From Candidatus Hecatellales archaeon (GTDB lineage: Archaea; Thermoproteota; Bathyarchaeia; Hecatellales; Hecatellaceae), in the NCBI GenBank assembly GCA_003661965.1, contig QMXD01000001.1:1258-65257 (forward strand): DNA of 64,000 nucleotides. The letters run 5' to 3'. The notes under the pieces were generated by a model, which had not been told where the DNA came from, ran no database searches, and worked only from the letters and a program-made list of their open reading frames with translations. This document shows, one piece after another, positions 58,276 to 64,000 of the stretch; position 1 is the stretch's first letter; each line of letters starts with the position of its first letter. The position numbers and the translations under genes are program-made.

Positions 58276-59511
58276 TTGAAATACATTCTAATCATAGGGG
58301 ATGGGATGGCAGACTATCCAAACGAAAAGTTTAACGGAAAAACCCCGCTTGAGGCTGCTCATCATCCAAACATGGATAAAATTGCTTCCATGGGTTTTTG
58401 TGGAACTCTTAAAACAATACCCGAAGACATGGAGCCAGGCTCAGATGTTGCTATCCTCTCAATTTTAGGTTATAACCCGAAAAAATACCATACGGGGAGA
58501 GGAGCTTTTGAGGCTGCTGCTTCAGGTGTAAAACTTGGGAAAAAAGACTTAGCCTTTAGATGTAACCTTATAACAGTGGAAAACGGTTTTCTTGCGGATT
58601 ATTCTGCTGGGCATATATCGACAGAGGAGGCTTGGAAGCTTATAACCAGCCTAAAAAGAAAGCTAAAACTGGGTGGAGACATAGCCTTCTATAGGGGGGT
58701 TAGCTATAGACATATCCTAGTTTTAAACGGAAAAAAGTTTTCTGGAAAACTTAAATGTACTCCTCCTCATGATGCTGTGGGGAAAAAAATTTCTGAAATT
58801 CTGATTAAACCAGCCTCAAAATCTGCTATAAAAACAGCTGAGTTTCTTAATAGGCTTATGCTTGAGTCAAAAAAGATTCTTTCAAACCATCCAATAAATC
58901 TTAGAAGGGTTGCTGAGGGTAAAAAGCCTGCAAACATGGTTTGGTTTTGGGGTGTGGGAGGAAAACCTCGTACACCAAGTTTTAGGAAAAGGTTTGGTGT
59001 TAAAGGTGCAATAATTTCGGCTGTAAACATAGTTAAAGGTATAGGGATTCTTCTAGGTATGGATGTTGTTAAGGTTCCTGGTGTAACAGGCTTTATCGAT
59101 ACAAACTATGAGGGTAAGGCTGACTACGCCTTAAAAGCTCTTAAAAACCACGACCTAGTTGTAATTCATGTTGAAGCTCCGGATGAGGCTGGTCATCTTG
59201 GTGATTTTAGGCTTAAGGTTAAAGCCATAGAAGATATGGATAAAAGGCTTATTGGAAGAATTCTTGAAAGGCTTAGGGGAGAATACACAATTTCTATTCT
59301 TTCAGACCATCCAACACCAATAAAAATTAAAACTCATGTAAGAGACCCTACACCCTTCACCGTCTACTCAACATGTCTTAAACAAAAACCTTCAACAAAA
59401 AAACATTTTTGTGAGAAGGAAGCTGAAAAGTCTGGTTTTCATCTTGAGGGAGCAAGGTTTATGTCTTTCTTTTTAAAGCTTGGAAGATGTGGTGTGGTAT
59501 CTAAAAAATGA
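58276..59511 (+). CDS. apgM: 2,3-bisphosphoglycerate-independent phosphoglycerate mutase, archaeal type
   Basis: N-terminus KYILIIGDGMADYP, 411 aa. Confidence 0.85.
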   Translation: MKYILIIGDGMADYPNEKFNGKTPLEAAHHPNMDKIASMGFCGTLKTIPEDMEPGSDVAILSILGYNPKKYHTGRGAFEAAASGVKLGKKDLAFRCNLITVENGFLADYSAGHISTEEAWKLITSLKRKLKLGGDIAFYRGVSYRHILVLNGKKFSGKLKCTPPHDAVGKKISEILIKPASKSAIKTAEFLNRLMLESKKILSNHPINLRRVAEGKKPANMVWFWGVGGKPRTPSFRKRFGVKGAIISAVNIVKGIGILLGMDVVKVPGVTGFIDTNYEGKADYALKALKNHDLVVIHVEAPDEAGHLGDFRLKVKAIEDMDKRLIGRILERLRGEYTISILSDHPTPIKIKTHVRDPTPFTVYSTCLKQKPSTKKHFCEKEAEKSGFHLEGARFMSFFLKLGRCGVVSKK

Positions 59512-59717
59512 AGGATAAGGATGGGTGGCTTTCAGCATCATTAACCCTAACCCTAGCTTCAGCAATCCTATGGTTTATAGAAAAATTTTTTGTAAAAATT
59601 TTTACATCGGATTTTGAGGTTATGGTTCTTTATTTTCCAACAATCCTTTCAATCCTAATCTACGTTTTTCTTGTAAAAAAGGAGGGAAGGTTTAAGGTTA
59701 AAGAAAAACCTGCATAG
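59508..59717 (+). CDS. Small membrane protein (hypothetical)
   Basis: 69 aa with two hydrophobic helices; 4-nt overlap with apgM. Confidence 0.3.
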   Translation: MKDKDGWLSASLTLTLASAILWFIEKFFVKIFTSDFEVMVLYFPTILSILIYVFLVKKEGRFKVKEKPA

Positions 59718-59724
59718 GCTTCCC

Positions 59725-60039
59725 CTATATTCTTTTCCTCTTTTTTGCTTCTTTTTCAAGTTTTAGGAGGGTTTGAAGAGAGATGTAGGCGTAGGTTCCG
59801 TCTGGAAGTTTTCTTCTTATCGTAATTGGTAAAATTCCTTTTTCAAACTCAAGCATAGCTATTTCTGTTGGTCTTGTAATGTTTGGTGGTGGAGTAATTA
59901 GAACAGGAGCTCCAAGAGCAATTTGGAGCGCTCTAGCTCCAACAATTCTTGCCTTCTCAAATCTTGTTAATCTTGGAGGTCCTATAAGTGATGATGTTTC
60001 GATGTTTAAATCAACCTCCCAATAATTCTCTTTCTCCAA
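59725..60039 (-). CDS. rpoK: DNA-directed RNA polymerase subunit K (Rpb6/omega)
   Basis: LTRFEKARIVGARALQIALGAPVLI signature. Confidence 0.75.
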   Translation of the reverse strand: MEKENYWEVDLNIETSSLIGPPRLTRFEKARIVGARALQIALGAPVLITPPPNITRPTEIAMLEFEKGILPITIRRKLPDGTYAYISLQTLLKLEKEAKKRKRI

Positions 60040-60223
60040 AATTTTTAAAGCTATAATTTTTCACCAAAACTCCTTAAACATTTTTTTATTCTAAAAGTCA
60101 AAATGCCTTTTTTAGGTTTTTCTTGGCAAAAACTATAGGTTTTACTTTTCCTCAAAGCTTCCACCTTACAACCTAGAAAAGAAGTTGATGCTAAAAGCAT
60201 CTAAATCCAACAATATATAAGCT

Positions 60224-61507
60224 TTATTGTTTATAAAGCCCTAAAACCAACGGTTTTAACCCTATTTTCTCCGATATTAGGGCTAGGGTTAAACCATACA
60301 ACCCATAACCCACAACATGATGATTTCCCGTTTCCTCAAAAAACCTTTTAACATCACCATCAAGCCTAACATAAGCCTGACTCCTACACTCGTTTTTTAA
60401 GCCAAGCTGAGACCTTAAAATTTCCCCCTCAACAACAATAAGCGTTGGAGGTTTCAACCTTAAATGTGCTAACGTTACAAACCCCCTACCCAAAGGCACA
60501 TCCAAGGAAACCCCTAAACCAGACTCAAAATGAGGTTTAAGTATCACTTTTCCATCTTTCCCGGAAAGTTTTGTTGCTGCTGTGCAGTGTGTAAGCAAAA
60601 CAGTATTATTTTGAAAGTCGACTTTTGCAAGATTAGCAAGCCAAACAGGTTTCCCTGAAATTTCTCTCATAATAAACATTAAAGGTGCATAGGAAACCTC
60701 ATTTTCGCAAACACCAAGAAAGTTTTCATCGTTTAAAAGGGAAAATGGGAGACATGGTGTTCCACCTAAACTTTTCAGGTATTTAAAACAGTCAAAAGTA
60801 ATACAGTCTAAACCCTCTTCTTCCATAACCTTTTTCATGGCTAAATAAAACCTAAAAGCCTTAACCAAATCCTCCCTTGAAACTTTACACACCCATTTTT
60901 CCCCTAATCTACGCTTTAACTCATCCTCAACATTTTCAGCTAACTTTTCTTTTAATGTTGAAAAAAGTTTTTTGAGGGGGAAAACCTTAACTTTAACCCC
61001 AAAATATTTTTTGGTAAACTTTATTTTTTCCCATGTGTTTTTTCCAGCACCAAAAACTCCAATCCTAACTTTTTTAAGCGTTTTTAGGGCTTTAAATCCG
61101 TAGGCAGCATAAACAACATCTTTAGGTTCCTCCTGAAGGTTTGTATAAACAATTTTCCCCCTCCATTTACCCATAGAAACCATTTTTTCTTTTGCACTTA
61201 AAGCTGAAGGTAAACTGTTGTTTTCATCATAAGCAACTATAAACCAATCCTTGTTTGAGGCTATGTTGGTTATGGTTTTGCTTGCGCCACCACTCCCAAC
61301 AAAAACAACACCCAAATCAAAATCTTTAACCTTAACCCTAGAAAAATCTTTTAAGCTTAAAACAAGTTTTTTAGGACCTAAAACATCCAGCTTTCTTTCA
61401 AGAATTTTTCTCATTTCTAGGGTGGCTTTAAAAATTTTTTTCTCATGAAGTTTAGATGCTACTGGAACAAACAAAATTTTTGGTTTTTCTTTCAATAAGA
61501 TTCCCAC
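60224..61507 (-). CDS. Hypothetical protein, possibly L-fucose/arabinose isomerase-like family
   Basis: 427 aa, no clear catalytic motif; weak similarity impression only. Confidence 0.25.
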   Translation of the reverse strand: MGILLKEKPKILFVPVASKLHEKKIFKATLEMRKILERKLDVLGPKKLVLSLKDFSRVKVKDFDLGVVFVGSGGASKTITNIASNKDWFIVAYDENNSLPSALSAKEKMVSMGKWRGKIVYTNLQEEPKDVVYAAYGFKALKTLKKVRIGVFGAGKNTWEKIKFTKKYFGVKVKVFPLKKLFSTLKEKLAENVEDELKRRLGEKWVCKVSREDLVKAFRFYLAMKKVMEEEGLDCITFDCFKYLKSLGGTPCLPFSLLNDENFLGVCENEVSYAPLMFIMREISGKPVWLANLAKVDFQNNTVLLTHCTAATKLSGKDGKVILKPHFESGLGVSLDVPLGRGFVTLAHLRLKPPTLIVVEGEILRSQLGLKNECRSQAYVRLDGDVKRFFEETGNHHVVGYGLYGLTLALISEKIGLKPLVLGLYKQ

Positions 61508-61608
61508 TAAAACTTTTGTAAATAAATTTAAAAACCCTAAACTACAAATAAATTACTATCCAGAAGCCTAAATATCCCACTTCTACTTTTAAAGCGGGGA
61601 AAACAAGG

Positions 61609-62730
61609 TTGAGAAAAGTTATCCCAATCGCCCAACCTATGATTAACAAGGAGGAAATAGAGGCTGTTGTTGCTGTTTTAAAAAGCGGTGTTTTAACATC
61701 CCAGTTTGGAGATGGACCATACACAAAAAAATTTGAGGAAAGTTTTGCTAAATATGTTGGTGCAAGATATGCTGTAACGGTAAACTCTGGAACAGCCGCT
61801 CTTCATGCAGCCCTACTTGCAGCTGAAATTGGTGAGGGGGATGAGGTTATTGTTCCAAGCTTTACTTTTGTAGCGACTGTTGAGGCTGTTGTTTTAATTG
61901 GTGCTAAACCTGTTTTTGTGGATATAGACCCAAAAACCTACACTATCGACCCTGCTGCTGTTGAGGAGGCTATAACAAGCCGAACAGCAGCAATAATACC
62001 TGTCCATCTTTACGGTTTGATGGCTGACATGGAAAAAATTATGAAGATTGCAAGGGAGCACGACTTGGTTGTTATTGAGGATGCTGCTCAAGCTGTCGGT
62101 GCTGAGTTTGCAGGTAAAAAAGCAGGTTCTTTTGGAGATTTTGGATGTTTTAGCTTTTATGGCTCTAAAATAATTACAACTGGTGAGGGTGGAATGGTTA
62201 CAACCAATAGAAGGGATAATGCTGAAGCCCTCTATGCTATAAGAAGCCATGGGTTTGGAAGACATCATTCAAGTGAAAGACTTGGACACAACTATAGAAT
62301 GTCTGAAATAGCTTCTGCTATGGGATACTATCAGCTTTTAAAGCTTCCAAGACTTTTAGAGGCTAGAAGAAAAAACGCAAACATGCTTACAAACATGCTT
62401 GAAGACATTGGAAGACTTGAGCTTCCCTTTGAACCTAAAGGCTACAAGCATTCATGGTATGTTTATACGGTTAGGCTTAGGGGTTGTAGGGCTGGTGAAA
62501 GAAATAAGGTTGTGGCAAAACTTGTAAATGCTGGTATTCAGGCTGAAGTCTACTATCCAACACCAGTCCATATGGCACCATACTACAGAAGAAAGTTTGG
62601 GTTTAAGCCAAGATCCCTTCCAAAAACAGAGGCTGCAGCAAGACAGGTTTTTTCGCTTCCCTCTCATTCTGGTTTAACTGAGGAGGATATAAGGTATATA
62701 AGCCAAAAACTTAGAAAAATTATTGGATAA
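61609..62730 (+). CDS. DegT/DnrJ/EryC1/StrS-family PLP-dependent sugar aminotransferase
   Basis: N-terminus IPIAQPMINKEEIEAVVAVLKSGVLT and PLP-Lys region (SFYGSKIITTGEGG). Confidence 0.8.
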   Translation: MRKVIPIAQPMINKEEIEAVVAVLKSGVLTSQFGDGPYTKKFEESFAKYVGARYAVTVNSGTAALHAALLAAEIGEGDEVIVPSFTFVATVEAVVLIGAKPVFVDIDPKTYTIDPAAVEEAITSRTAAIIPVHLYGLMADMEKIMKIAREHDLVVIEDAAQAVGAEFAGKKAGSFGDFGCFSFYGSKIITTGEGGMVTTNRRDNAEALYAIRSHGFGRHHSSERLGHNYRMSEIASAMGYYQLLKLPRLLEARRKNANMLTNMLEDIGRLELPFEPKGYKHSWYVYTVRLRGCRAGERNKVVAKLVNAGIQAEVYYPTPVHMAPYYRRKFGFKPRSLPKTEAAARQVFSLPSHSGLTEEDIRYISQKLRKIIG

Positions 62731-63967
62731 AAACCTGTTTTCCTACTTCTTCCCTCACCTTTCTAAGGGGTTTACCTGTTTCAGATGCTATCCTTTTTAG
62801 GTCTTCGTATTCAGGTTTAGCTTGAAAAACTTTTCCAGTTTTGTCTTTTGCTTTTTTAACTCTAACCTCAAATGTTTTATCGTCTATTTTAACCTTAGCC
62901 GTAAAAATTTCTCTTTCAAGGGTAAACCGTTTACAAGGATAAACTCTTACACCAAGAGTTCCTGTTTCACTAAAAATTAGGTTAATGGTTTTTTCCATGT
63001 TTTCCATGCTTGTTAAAGCTTTAACGTTTAAAACAACCCTACTCTTCTTACCAACTGCTGGAATAACATAAGCATCTTTCACACCAGACTCTATTAGCTT
63101 TTCAATCAGGTAGCCTACAGTTTCACCATCAACATCATCAACATTAGTTTCAACCACATAAATTTCCTCCCCAAAACTAACGGTATCCTCTCTTTTTTCT
63201 CCAAGGATTACCCTTAAAAGGTTTGGTATAGCCTCTAAATCTTTTTTTCCAGCACCATAACCCACCTTACCCCCATAGGTTAAAGGATAACTTTCAACAG
63301 GTTTAGCAAGACTGGTAAGCAAGGCAACCCCTGTTGGTGTTGCTAACTCCTCCCCAATTTTTACTCCGAAAAAAGGAAACCTTTTTGAGGTGAGAATTTC
63401 GAGTGTTGCAGGTGCTGGCACAGCCAAAACCCCGTGGGATGTTATGGTTTTCCCTCCACCAACACAAACAGGAAGCGAAAAAACCTCCATGTTTTCCTTA
63501 AAAACTTTTAGGTTTTCTAGGGCTGCTGCAACACCAATAAGGTCTGCTAAGGTGTCAATAGAGCCTGTCTCATGTAAACGTAGCTTGTTAATTTGTGAAC
63601 CATGTATTTTTGCTTCAGCCTTAAGCAAAGTTAAAAGAGATTCTAAAACAAAGTTTTTTGCTTTTTTTGAAAGGCTACTCTCATCCAAAAACTTTTCCGC
63701 GATACTTTTTAATTCTCCTCCTGTTCTATGTGTATGTTTTTCCTCGGCTTTTATTGTTGCTTTAACACCTCTAATCCCATGCTTAACTGTCTCTTCCACA
63801 GCCAACTCCAAGCTTTTGCATGTATCCACATAATTTGAAAGTTTAGCTATAGTTTCTCCAACAATTTTTTTATCTGCTCCTAAACCTAAAAGTGCACCTA
63901 AAAACATATCACCAGAAATTCCTGCTTGTTGAGGGTCAATAACCATTATTTTCCTCGAGAAAACCAT
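62720..63967 (-). CDS. larC: LarC-family (DUF111) nickel insertion protein
   Basis: N-terminus DPQQAGISGDMFLGALLGLGAD matches the LarC/DUF111 signature. ~410 aa. Confidence 0.7.
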   Translation of the reverse strand: MVFSRKIMVIDPQQAGISGDMFLGALLGLGADKKIVGETIAKLSNYVDTCKSLELAVEETVKHGIRGVKATIKAEEKHTHRTGGELKSIAEKFLDESSLSKKAKNFVLESLLTLLKAEAKIHGSQINKLRLHETGSIDTLADLIGVAAALENLKVFKENMEVFSLPVCVGGGKTITSHGVLAVPAPATLEILTSKRFPFFGVKIGEELATPTGVALLTSLAKPVESYPLTYGGKVGYGAGKKDLEAIPNLLRVILGEKREDTVSFGEEIYVVETNVDDVDGETVGYLIEKLIESGVKDAYVIPAVGKKSRVVLNVKALTSMENMEKTINLIFSETGTLGVRVYPCKRFTLEREIFTAKVKIDDKTFEVRVKKAKDKTGKVFQAKPEYEDLKRIASETGKPLRKVREEVGKQVFIQ

Positions 63968-64000
63968 AAGAGTTTCCTCAAAAATCTTAATCTTGGTTAG

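Noticed and set aside
63390-63833. 147-aa plus-strand ORF within larC
   Set aside because: Antisense to a LarC gene with a strong family signature; no independent support.

Overview
64 kb fragment of an archaeal chromosome. Archaeal identity rests on rpS3Ae, archaeal rpS15, RpoK, EndA tRNA-intron endonuclease, archease, a Pcc1-like protein, a GPN-loop GTPase, V-type ATPase I/C/K, ApgM and a geranylgeranyl reductase. The fragment is low-GC and gene-dense on both strands. Most of it is housekeeping and central metabolism: GatA/GatB, Ham1, a 4-subunit pyruvate:ferredoxin oxidoreductase, tungsten AOR, type-I GAPDH, GlyRS, a methanogen-type SerRS-like gene, a RecJ/GAN-like DHH nuclease, TldD/PmbA, PGM/PMM, PyrE, LarA-like and LarC, and a Na+-pump decarboxylase / transcarboxylase-like gene set. 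No rRNA, tRNA, CRISPR array or mobile element was recognised. The stand-out region is ~4.8-10.6 kb, a minus-strand cluster of three NifX/NifB-like cofactor-binding proteins, two MinD-like P-loop ATPases with ferredoxin inserts, a DUF134 HTH protein and a divergent radical-SAM-wHTH gene. Interleaved with these are extraordinary low-complexity proteins: two ~20% tryptophan N-domains, a Pro/Gln-rich linker and a GMGRGMG (RGG-like) repeat. All of them share a conserved C-terminal coiled-coil motif that is also fused to two of the NifX-like proteins. Three promoters in this cluster carry the same palindromic operator GTGCA-WW-TGCAC directly downstream of a TATA-like box. One of the Trp-rich genes is split by a single in-frame TGA, one nucleotide from TGG. 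Other notable items are a C/D-box sRNA candidate with two exact 12-nt guides at ~28.9 kb, an rpS15 gene whose conserved N-terminus begins at a CTG directly after a TAA, and a V0-only ATPase gene group.
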